From Rhizodiscina lignyota (lineage: Eukaryota): DNA of 64,000 bases. This document shows positions 1-10,497 of this stretch, one piece after another. The DNA lies in assembly GCA_010015805.1 (NCBI GenBank), contig ML978123.1:992001-1056000 (forward strand). The letters run 5' to 3'. The position numbers and the translations under genes were made by a program. Position 1 is the first letter of the stretch; each line of letters opens with the position of its first letter. Under the pieces are notes generated by a model that saw only the letters and a program-made list of their open reading frames with translations, was not told where the DNA came from and searched no databases.

Positions 1-2
1 GC

Positions 3-278
3 GCGGTCGTAAGTCAACCGGGGTGGGAGTATGGGGCTGAGGAGCAGTGGAATGGTGTGGTGGATGCTACTGTTGAGTTAGTCGATGCATATGAAAGTTT
101 GGGGAGCATGGAGAGGACCGAAGGGCTCGCCGCCGGGAGCGGAGAGGTGGTGATGAAGGATTGGAAATTCAAGGCACGGAGTGCAGTTAGAGGGATCATG
201 GGCAGGGGGAAAGGGAGTTGGGAGGACACAGATGGGTGGGAACGATTGAAAGATGCATTGGAGCAGTTAAAAGGCTAG
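3..278 (+). CDS. 3' end (5'-truncated by window) of TPR protein, EMW1/TTC27-like
   Basis: Frame is open from base 3 (AVVSQPGWEYGAEEQWNGVVDATVELVDAYESLG...KDWKFKARSAVRGIMGRGKGSWEDTDGWERL) to TAG at 278. It resembles the recalled C-terminus of fungal Emw1/TTC27. Confidence 0.7.
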   Translation, partial: AVVSQPGWEYGAEEQWNGVVDATVELVDAYESLGSMERTEGLAAGSGEVVMKDWKFKARSAVRGIMGRGKGSWEDTDGWERLKDALEQLKG

Positions 279-989
279 TTCTGGAAACCATGGCGGGAGG
301 TATCGGCTTCGAGCGCATAACGTTGGTAATGGACTCGCAGTTTGGGCGTCCGAAAAGTAAAGATTCTGACGTGTTCAAGTATTTTAGTGCATAATTTGCG
401 GAGTTTGCGGAGAGTTTTCGTGATGCTGAACTGTCGTGGAACTGCAGCGTTTGGGTTGAGCAGAAGAGCATGACACACTGCTCAGGAGCATAATCAAATC
501 AACGACGCTCATGAAAGGTACGTTCGCATGTCTATGCATGGGCATCCATGGGCATGTGACGCAAACGCCAAGACCACGGGAATGTCAATCTGTGATTGCA
601 TCGCCTTGGGGATGGGTAATCTGGGATCGATCAAAAGACATCATCGCAATTCTGAACTGTGCTTACCTTATACGGCATAGCGACCGCCCCTCTCCGCACT
701 TGCAGGGGTCCGAAGACCCTGTGGCGTCGATCACCCCCACAGAACGTCATCTTACAGTTGCACGGCACCACACAGCCCTTGCATTGGTACGCAGCGTTAT
801 TAAAGAGGCAACTACCATTGGCACTCCCCGTACTACCCTGACTATCATACCCACTACATATATTCTTCCTCTCTTCTCTGCTTCTTATCTGGCCAATTCC
901 AATATCTTCTCTCACATTCTCACGAAAACTTCGAATCCTGATCTTGAACTTGAACTTTCACATCCACAAATAATCAAAACACCGACAAC

Positions 990-1580
990 ATGAGCGCCCT
1001 CGCACCCCCTGACTACGACGACCTCCCATACACGCCAAATACCCGCTCTGAAGTTGAAGCAGCATTCGCGTCGAATACGCTCACGCAGACTGCTTCAGCG
1101 GGCCAGGCTCCGCCGTACAAATTCCAAGATCCATCATCTCCGGTGACGGGACGACCAAGCCTACAGAGCCGCTCCAGTAACAATTACATCGACGCCACCA
1201 CCACGGCAGCCACCAAGAGCACTGCGAGCCCACCCGCCACACTTGCCCCACGTCCCAAGGGTATTCCCATGCCCGTGTCTCCTAGCGCCGAGGACCTGGC
1301 AGCGCAGAATGCTGCTGCAGAAGCGGCGTTCCTTGCAGAACAGGCAGCTGCGAAACGATCGAGTGTCGATATGAAGAGCGATAGCATTGCCAGAGTGCTG
1401 AGCCCGGAGAGTGGAAACGAGGTAAAGGCCGGCAGTCCAAGGATGTTGAAGGTGCACGGGAGACAACAGAGCTGGAATAAGGAGGACATGAAGAGGATGA
1501 TGCAGGAGCCATTGATGAAAGAGGATGGCGGTCCCATTCAAGGGTACTCTGGCAAAGGAGGAGGTGTGACAGGCTTCTGA
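990..1580 (+). CDS. Hypothetical 196-aa low-complexity protein
   Basis: Single-exon ORF with good ATG context (ACAACATGA) and a pyrimidine-rich leader. Pro/Ala/Ser-rich, with a C-terminal HGRQQSWNKEDMKR segment. Confidence 0.7.
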   Translation: MSALAPPDYDDLPYTPNTRSEVEAAFASNTLTQTASAGQAPPYKFQDPSSPVTGRPSLQSRSSNNYIDATTTAATKSTASPPATLAPRPKGIPMPVSPSAEDLAAQNAAAEAAFLAEQAAAKRSSVDMKSDSIARVLSPESGNEVKAGSPRMLKVHGRQQSWNKEDMKRMMQEPLMKEDGGPIQGYSGKGGGVTGF

Positions 1581-1811
1581 ACAGGTGGAAGAGGAGCTTG
1601 GTGATGACCAGGAAGTAGAGTGAGAGATGCTGAGAATGTCTAATCGAGCACGGTACGATTGGCTTCGAACAAGAGACAGGGGTGAGTCTAATTGAGATTT
1701 ACGTATCCATGAGGGATGAGGAGTGGGGGACTAAGAAAAGCAAAAGGCAAAAAAAGCCTATTGGCATAACGCTCTCAACATTGCCTCATGACAACCGAAT
1801 ACTCTTAGTAT

Positions 1812-2922
1812 TTAGGACAGCCCGAGCTCCTTGGTGAGCAGTTCCAAGTACCCATCAACCATGCTATGGACCAGATCGTCAAACGACCTGAACTTGAACC
1901 CAAGGACCTCCTCAGTCTTGCTAGCATCGTACTTCAAAGGCCTTGTGATCATCTTCCCTGTAGGCTTGAGCATGCCCTTCTCTACAGCCTCTGGATAGTC
2001 TCTCTTCACAACTTCCTTAGCATCATTATAGTCGCTGCCCTTCAGTCCGCCGGTATTCAGTGCGAAGCTTTGACCGCCAGCAATAGATGGGTCGAGCGCG
2101 CGGACATGCGCCTGCGCAACGTCCCACAGGTGCACCAGCGTGCCAGTCAACGGTCTGGGGTTGTCGGCTCCGACGAGAATGCCCATTACGAGCGGGTTCG
2201 TGCCTGAGGAATAATAGCCCTTGCTGGCGGTCTCGAGCTCGTTCTTCCCAATCACGAAGGCAGGCATGATGTTGTTGATGTCGAAGTACGGATGGCTGTC
2301 CGCAATCCAGTCGTTCGTGGCGTTCAGCGCATATGCCTTGGACGCAGCGTATGCTTCGACTTCGTCTTTGAATGGGCGTGCGGTTGGGTTGGGCGTAGGC
2401 TCCACGGAGTAGACCTTCTCATGGGGCTCTGGATCCGAGAACGCGCTCCATGGAATGGTCCCAAAGAGCGAGGATGTGATGACAACACGCTTCACCGACC
2501 TCTCTTTCTTGGCTGCGTCGAGGATGTTGGTGGTGGCCTTGATAGCGGGCTTGATGAGCATTTCCTCGTAGAGGTCGGCACTGTGGCCGGCAAAGAGAGG
2601 AGACGCGACGTGGATGATTCCAGAAACACCCTTGACGGCCTCGTCATAAGCGCCATCTGCTACGATGTCGGGGATATGGACGAACTCCAGCCTCGAGCCG
2701 GGATTGATCTCTTGAATCGTCTTGGTGGAGGAGATGGACTTGGCTTTGGCGTCGCTACGAACGGCCGCGCGAACGGAATAGCCTGCGAGAAGGGCTTCCA
2801 CGACGACGCGGAAGCCTATCATGCCAGAGCCGCCAGTGATCTTTCAAGCGTCAGCTCGCTACTCTGTGTAGCAATCATGGATTGGGTTCACTTACGAGAA
2901 CGAGTTCGCCTTTCGATGCCAT
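1812..2922 (-). CDS. NAD(P)-dependent epimerase/dehydratase-family (aldehyde reductase II-like) extended SDR
   Basis: Exon 1 is 2922-2896. Intron 2895-2841 (GTAAGT...GCTGAC...AAG) restores VLITGGSGMIG, the Rossmann motif. Also IIHVASP, VVITSS and catalytic YAASK. Confidence 0.9.
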
Positions 2923-3951
2923 TGCTGTACAGAGCTTGTGGTCGTTCGTATGAAATGAGTTGAGTCAAGAAAGTCTTGAGAGTAATTACCAGATTAGGAG
3001 AGTAGTCGTCGCTTGAAGCAGTAATGGACAATATGAGAGCGAATATCAAGAATATATATATGAAGATGCTTCATAGCTCTAACTCCTACTTTGTCTCGAG
3101 TCGCATCCTTCGTCTACGGCGCGCTCAGTAATCGTTCGCAGGCGCTGTATGGTCCTCATCATCGTTTTGCTGCCTGACGACGAGCGAAGGAACTTCATTA
3201 TTCCTCATCTACGTGACTTATCTCTATCCGAAAACCTCTTAGCTAACATGCGGGCCACTAAGTCACGCCGACGATGAACCAATCTTGCGCTGGATATGGG
3301 CAACAGCGCCCCTGACGCCCAGCGATTACTCATTGTGTGTGGCTTTGAGACGGAGACCGTGTATCGTGAAACTATCGAATTGGTGGTGTATCCGATGAGT
3401 ATTTGGCCTTTATCGAGGTTGCAAGTGCAAAATTGTCGAATGTAGTTTGAGGTACAACAATACAAGCGGTTTGTAGGAGAAATACTAATCGGCCTCGCTC
3501 CACTTACTCATCGTCCTGTCAGCACGACGATTGGTCGCACACGGCGGGAACAGGTCGGGAGCGAATAAAACGTGGCAAGATCCCTCGATAAGTCCACAAA
3601 TACTGCGTTTGGGCTGGCCGAAAGCCTGATTTGTAGTGCTCCCGCTCTTGATGACAAGCTGGAAACGACCAGATGCAGTTATTTCTGTTTATGTCTAGCC
3701 CTCCACATTCTTCAAGACGGAACGGAAATAACAGGGCACCGAAGAATCGAGAAATATCACAGAAGAGATAGGCAAAATTCAGTGGTCCAATATTCGTTCA
3801 TGGCATTTCCATAGCCTCGTGCAAATATGTACAGGCGAAGCATAGCAGGCCCACTTTCGAGCCATTCATTATCAAGGAGCGGTCCGTCGAGAACCAACTT
3901 TCCAAACTTCATCAATTCATAAGTTCAGCGTCCAAACCCGTTGCTAATTTC

Positions 3952-6900
3952 TCATTGCCCATATCCAGATCCACTCGACACATGCAACGCTCCCTTCAGG
4001 TGCAGCTTCCTGCTGCTCGCTCCAACGTACACAGTCTTCTGGTACTTGCTGATGACCCAGTTTTGGGTCTTGGTGTCCCAGTTACTGAGATCCCTACGAG
4101 TGACGTCCAGGCTAACTGTCTTCTTCTCGTTAGGGGCCAGAGTGATTTTGTCAAAGTTCCTCAGAACGACCTTTGGATCGTTCGGGCCGCCAAGGCTAAT
4201 ATAGAGTTCCACGACCTCGTCACCAGTGATCTTGCCGGTGTTGGTAATGGTGGCGCTGACTGTGAATAGAACATCGTACAGCTGCGGGTTACCACCTGGT
4301 GCACCACCAGCGGGGTTCTTGGGCTGCGCGCTGCCGTCTGCAGCGTGAGCGGGCCACTTGTGACCGCTGTCATAGTCGGGATCTTCAGAGGCAACCTTAG
4401 GATCGGAACTGTTGAGCCATGGGTAAATGTAGTAAGGAACTTGGTGGAAGCTAGCTGGGAAGACATAGTCTGAGTAGTCCTTGGAGACCTTTCCAAAGGA
4501 TGGTGCAGGCTTGGTGTGACCTGAAGTTGGCGTGTAGGGCTTGACGGGGTGAGACTTAATTTGGAGGTTGGAGTACGAGAAAGTGGTGTAACTGATGCCG
4601 TAGCCAAACTCATAGACTGGGTCGACACCCTTCTTATCAATGGCACGGTAGTCGATAAAGATACCCTCAGTGAAATCATCCTGAGGTGCGCCGTGGCCGT
4701 TGTTGGGCTCGTACATGACATCGGTACCGTAGTCTGATCTTGACTTGGCAATCGAGAATGGGAGCTTGCCACCAGGGTTGACACGTCCATAAAGGACATC
4801 AGCGATACTGTTACCAGCCTGCTCCCCGGGAAGGCCAGCCCAGAGGATAGCGGTAACGTTGGGGTTCTGGTAGAAGGAGTTGACGAGGACAGCACCGACA
4901 GTGCTCATGACAACAATGGTGTTGTTACAGACGGCGGTAACATTCTGGATGAGGGCGTCAGCGTCGTGCCAGAGAGTGAGGTTATTGCGATCTCCCTCGT
5001 TTCCATCGATATCAAGGTAACCTTCGCCACTGTCGGCAGAGACGAAGACGACAGAAACAGATGCCTGAGATGCGACCTGGGCAATCTGAGCGTAAGCCCA
5101 GTTGTCTGCAACCGATTGGATCACACCGCCGGAGGTCTCCAGCACGGTGTTTTGGATAGCAGTAAGCGGATCAACAAGGTAGGGGAAATTGGCAGTACCA
5201 GAACCCCATCCCATGGCTAGTGTTCCATTGTCGCACTGGCGGTCGCCGCAGCCGTTAGGTCCCCACAAATTGGTGACAGCACCTTGGCCAAAGACACCGG
5301 TGTACTTCTCCTTGCCGGTGAGGGGCAGACCGCCCTTGTTCTTGAGAAGGACGATGGACTTAGAAGCCGCATCGCGGATGTTCTTCGCGTGCTCAGCACG
5401 GACGTCGACATGTTCGTTGATGACAGTGAACTCCTCATTCGCAATGAAGTGCTTGGGGCCAAAGGTATCGAGGGTCCAAGAGTCAAAGTTAACAGGCTTC
5501 GTGTGCTTGTCGCGACCAACGTAGTAATATGCACTCATAATACGAGTGACCATGTCGTCGATACGCCATTCCGGGACTGTACCATTGACCACAGCAATGG
5601 TGAGGTTGGTGCCCCAGTAGGTCCTGTTGGTATCGAACAGAGTATCTCCAGGCATGGTCATGTCAAGGCCGGCATATGCGGACGCGACACCGGAGTGCTG
5701 AGCTTGCCAATCAGACATGACGAAGCCTTGGAAACCGAGTTCGCCTTTGAGAAGGTAGTTGAGCGTGTAGCTGTTTGCACAGGCATAGCTATTGTTGACC
5801 TGGTTGTATGAGCACATAATGGCACCAGTACCAGCGCGAACGGCGTCGGCGAAAGGCCTTTTCATATGTCAATAACTCCGCTTTCAAATCGTACGTTTGA
5901 GGATGGTCATACCATAGGTACAGCTCGTGCAGTGTCACATCGTCAATGTTGCTGCTTAATGCTTCCGTGATGGGGAATCCATAGCCATTGGCTTCGCCCA
6001 CTTGACGGAAATGCTCTTGTTCATTAAGGATGAAGTGCTTAGTGCAGGCAATGACACCAGACGACTGAATTCCCTGCACCGTCTCGCCAACTGCAATACC
6101 GGACAAGACTGGGTCTGGGCTGAAGCCTGCAATGATTCATTAGCGCGGTCGGCAAGAAAATTATAGGAACTGTGCAACTCACCCTCCCAGCCTCGACCAC
6201 CCTCAGGAGAACGTCCAAGAGGGCCAACTACAGGACCCAATTGAGTATCGACACCCTTGTCTCGGTGCTCCGCGCCCATGTCTGCGCCTCGTTGCCTCCA
6301 CAAGGAGCGATCCCATGATGCGGCAACGGTGCCACCAGCTGGGAAGGCGGAGTTGTAGTCCGCTACAGCATTTGTTAGCAACGCTTCGTCTAATACAAAC
6401 TACGTGGCGGAGAACATACTGTCACGAACACCAAGGGGAGAGTCCTGGTTGCAGAATCCTGGGAAGCCGAGGCGAGGCACCGAGCCAGTATTACCGACGC
6501 ACTGCTCACCCTCCCATCTGTTCGTAGTCAGTAGTGTACTCTTGACAAGTTATCATGCCTTTCTTACCCAACACCCGTCGTGATGTTGACCTTTTCCAAA
6601 AGGGTCAACTGCTTCACGAACGCCTGGGCCTTTGCATATGCCGCTTCCCAGTTGCCAGATCCGTCGGCCCATGGAGAAGGATATTTTGGCGGCGAATATG
6701 CCAGTTTGGCATCGCTCTGTAGCAATTGTGGTCAGTGATCTGTATTTTCGTGTTGTTGAGGAATGTCGTCGCGCCATTGCTTGTTGACGCGCAGCTGAAA
6801 GGGATAATACATGTGGAATACTCGGCGTTGTAGCATTATGATGAGAGGGCGGGAATATTATGTTCAAGAATGGGAACAAATATATCGCCAATTGCACGCC

Positions 6901-7045
6901 TGAGCGAGGCATATAGTCTGGAAGATGTATACTTCGTGTGGTGCCAAATGCTCGAGAGATGTGTTTGCTGGGGTGAACTTACAGATTGCGCTTGCGCAAC
7001 CGCGGCAGCCACGACAACGCCGCTGAAAGCTTGGGCCAAACGCAT
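3952..7045 (-). CDS. bglA: Secreted GH3 beta-glucosidase (BglA/Bgl1 type), multi-exon
   Basis: Signal peptide [19 protein letters not shown], then [53 protein letters not shown], nucleophile motif GFVMSDW, ADSGEG acid/base region and an Fn3-like C-terminus. Several GT-AG introns lie between 5865 and 6982. Confidence 0.95.
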
Positions 7046-7414
7046 TCTTGCGGAATGCGGCAGTGGCTTGTGGCGTGCAAGTGTGACGATTCAGCAGGTC
7101 CCGCTGTAAAACTCCGAGCACAGCAGCGAGCGCGCGCTCAGTCGACAAAGACGCGCTCCAAATGAATTGCTGAGCTGCTCAGATGGTAGAGTAATACCAA
7201 CGGCGTCTCAAAAGAGGGTTTGGCCGCGTTTGAGAAAAATTCTAACAGTGTGCTAGGAGAATCGGATGGGCCTAGCAACGAATTTGGGTTCCCAGCAACG
7301 AACAAAGGGCGACCACCTCACTCAGTGCAGAACAGAGACAATCGAGGGAGGCAGGATCCTCAATTGCAATAAGAGCGGGACAACCTCATATATCCAGAAT
7401 TTTTTTACCCCAAG

Positions 7415-7665
7415 CTCCAGCTCGGTTCCTAGAGCTGCAAGAGCTTGCAGCTTCCCTTGACTCCAAGCTAGCAGAGCTCCCCATGATGCCATGCTTCCGT
7501 GGCCCATCGCAACTTGCAGGCGGGACAAGGGGCCTTGCTGGGGACGGTCGATCGCCTTTTCCATGCTCACTGATTGGAGGAATGACAGCGTTTGCGGGGT
7601 TCGGACGTCTCCTCCTTGCCGTTGGCCATACCGGAAGTGGTACTACTCCAGGTCATGACCTGGGG
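7415..7665. promoter_or_regulatory. Cluster of putative CreA/Cre1 sites (SYGGRG) upstream of the GH3 gene
   Basis: CTCCAG at 7415 and 7646, CTGGGG at 7538 and 7660, GCGGGG at 7594. That is five sites in ~250 bp, against about 1 expected at uniform composition. Confidence 0.4.
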
Positions 7666-9217
7666 AGACACCGTGTTCCTGAAGGCTCTTCGCGCAACCA
7701 CGGCGATGCACAGGGATGGAGCACGAACATCGTAAGCAGCAGACAGCATTAGCCGCCGTTCGTCAGTGGCTGGCACGTTGTAGCAGTGATGTAACGTGCA
7801 GCTTTTCTCCGTGCCGCCGTTCGTATCGTTGTGGAGAAGTTGGGATGGCGAGATTGAGAACAGCATGGAGATCACGCACGTACACGAAAGGCTCCAAAAT
7901 CACGCGCATTGAAAAGGCGTCCTCGAGTCATTGCCGCATTGGAAGCCGTTCCTTTATTGAAGCATATCGATAAAAGCGCCCAGGGTGAAGTGAATCCAGA
8001 TCTACAGGTCCGAAATATCAGGGCCTGTCCAAATATACCATTGGCCATGTCTGGCAAGGTCACAATGACACGATGAAATGGAGCTTCATTTCCGCAAAAC
8101 TTACTATCATTCACATCATCTTACTGTCACCCGCTCATCTGCGATGAATTCGGGCTCCATCTCCCTTGTAATAGCCGCTCAGCCAGAACATTGTGTGATT
8201 CGAATGCCGTGCACATTTGCGAGGCAGCTGACCTGTTGAGTGGCGCACAGAGCAGCCTGCTCCTTGCGCGTCTGCGAGCCGCTCAGAGTGGTAGAAAAAC
8301 GATGTTGGGCCAAGCGAGGATGGCTTGTGGAGGTAGTAATGAGTATGCGAACTGCGGAGAGACGTGCGGGGTGAAGCCTGTGAAGGTGGAGTGCAAAGTA
8401 CCAGGTTACACGATGAAGTGGCATCGGCTCTCCCGCAAGGTGGAGCAAGATGAATTCATCAATCATGGGTCTGACACCCAGGCGGACCGGTGCAGCTCGT
8501 CTATTCTTCACGGAGTTTAGATGCACCGCATACGAGAATTTCCCTTCGCTTCTAGTGCAAAGTAGTGCAGATTGCATCTCAAATCAAAGGTTACAAGTCC
8601 ATCTTTCGGTGGTATTGATTCCTTCGTTCAGAGACCGCCCGACTTGAAAATATTGGGGTTTCGGATGAGCTAGAGTACTGCCGGTCAGGATATCCATTGC
8701 TTTACTAGTTTGTTCAAAACGATTGAATTTGGGGATCTTTTCATGGTTGATTAGGCATTTTGTAACTTTTACCTGCCGCCTTCCCGCGGAACTCTGCCAA
8801 GATGCTGGAGGCGGCTGAACCGGGTAAATTAGCTGGGGCCACTATTTTCCCCAGCATATTACCGCAACAATTTTGCAGCTGCCCAGAAAAGAGCTTGCAG
8901 CCCCTTGCAGAGAAGGATTTTGATTCTTCCATACGACCTTCCATACGAAGTCTTGGTCGGCCACTATTTCGAGATCAGGGTTGCAACAACTCGACTGAGA
9001 GATAATTTAGGCGCACTTCGTCAGCAAAAACCGCGCTGCAACACTGCCAGAAAATATCAAAATTGCATTCGTCAGCGAATTAATGACTTCCATAGGCCGA
9101 GATGACTCCAGACACCATCGCCATGGAAAGCAAGGGTATATATGCAATATCGTGATCGTGAACTCGTCAAGAGGGTCTTGCCGTAGCTGCATCCCAATGT
9201 AGGGGTTGACTGATGCA

Positions 9218-10116
9218 TCATTCGAAGAAGTCGGACTCGCTTCCAGCATCCAAGCCCTCGGCGTCGCCATCTTCCATAACACTGTCCCTTCCGTCTTGGT
9301 GAGAAGTGTCCGTCAAGGACACGCCTCCCTGCGCAGGCGCAGAGTTCCTTACTTTCGGCTTCGGGCGATGTGAGAGGCTAAGCGATTGTGATTCCTTTTT
9401 ATTGGGATCCAGAACCATCTCATCCCGCAAGGACTCCAATGCCTTCTCCCCCTTCTTCATGGTTTCCTCGATTTGAGCCCACACCTTCGCGTCTCCTCTC
9501 ACTCCGGCGTCTGTAGCATCGTCATCGCCGACAGTCTTGCCATCCTCTTCGCGTTGCTTCGTCGGGTAGAGAGCAGAGTATCGTTGGGAGAATGGGAAGT
9601 ATAGCGTATAGTTGACATCCACCTCAGCGACGTGGAGCTTGTGCTTGAGATGCTCCTGCTGGGACGGATCATTCGAATTCTCTAGCTCTTTCGTAGCTCT
9701 CTTTAATCGACGTTGGGCTTTCTGGGAATCTAATGGAGCTCACTCAGCATATGCGCCAGTAGAGCTGTTAGATGAAGCTACTCACCGAAGAAGCGTATCA
9801 TCTGATACTGACCCGCCCTTTGAGTCTGCTTCTGCTTTGCCAATGCCACTTTCAAATCCGCCTGATATGCCTGGAGTTCTCTTTCCTTCTCCAGTCTCAC
9901 ACCTGCAGGCAGGTTCGTCATCTTCTGGAGCAATTTTTCCAAATCCCTGATCTTCTTCTTCAAGGGAGTCGTCAGGAACTCGTTTCCAAGAGGAGGGCGA
10001 CGCGCCGGTGCTTTGAAGGCCCCATCCTTTCTCCGTCGCTGATGGGTATTGAAGCGGAGCTCGCTTTCTTGAAGTCCTCCGGATAGTTTCGCGCGTGCTC
10101 TTGTAGCCGTAGGCAT
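9218..10116 (-). CDS. EFG1: rRNA-processing protein Efg1
   Basis: LKKKIRDLEKLL...ERELQ...YQMIRFF, then intron ~9785-9730, then QKAQRRLKR...DVNYTLYFP and an acidic C-terminus ending ESDFFE. Confidence 0.88.
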
Positions 10117-10497
10117 CGTGATCTTGAGGTTTCAACGGAACAGAGGCATGAGGTTCAAACAAAGTTGATGAGATGAACTTAGCCTCCGTGTCTTGAGAAA
10201 ATCTGGGGAAGTACGTGAGACCGGGATTGTGTGAACATTTCAACAAGACTGGAGCGGCTGCTTTTTGATTACGTAAGCAAAAGAAGAATGCGGGCCGTGC
10301 ACGTGCCACGCGAGACTGTCGTGAGCGACGCGTTATCAATTATCATGGTTATCCACGCCTCCACGTTTCAGAGGAGCGGTTCCACACTATTGCCACGAAT
10401 TATCGACCTCTGATGAGGCCGATGCACACGAACCACTGGAATACATGTCTTAGCCCTGATGCTGCATGAATGATCGTCTCCGATCCACCGGGGCTAC

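Noticed and set aside
7050..9200. Several 60-130-aa ORFs in the GH3-EFG1 intergenic region
   Set aside because: No coding signature, splice logic or motifs. Treated as promoter/intergenic sequence.
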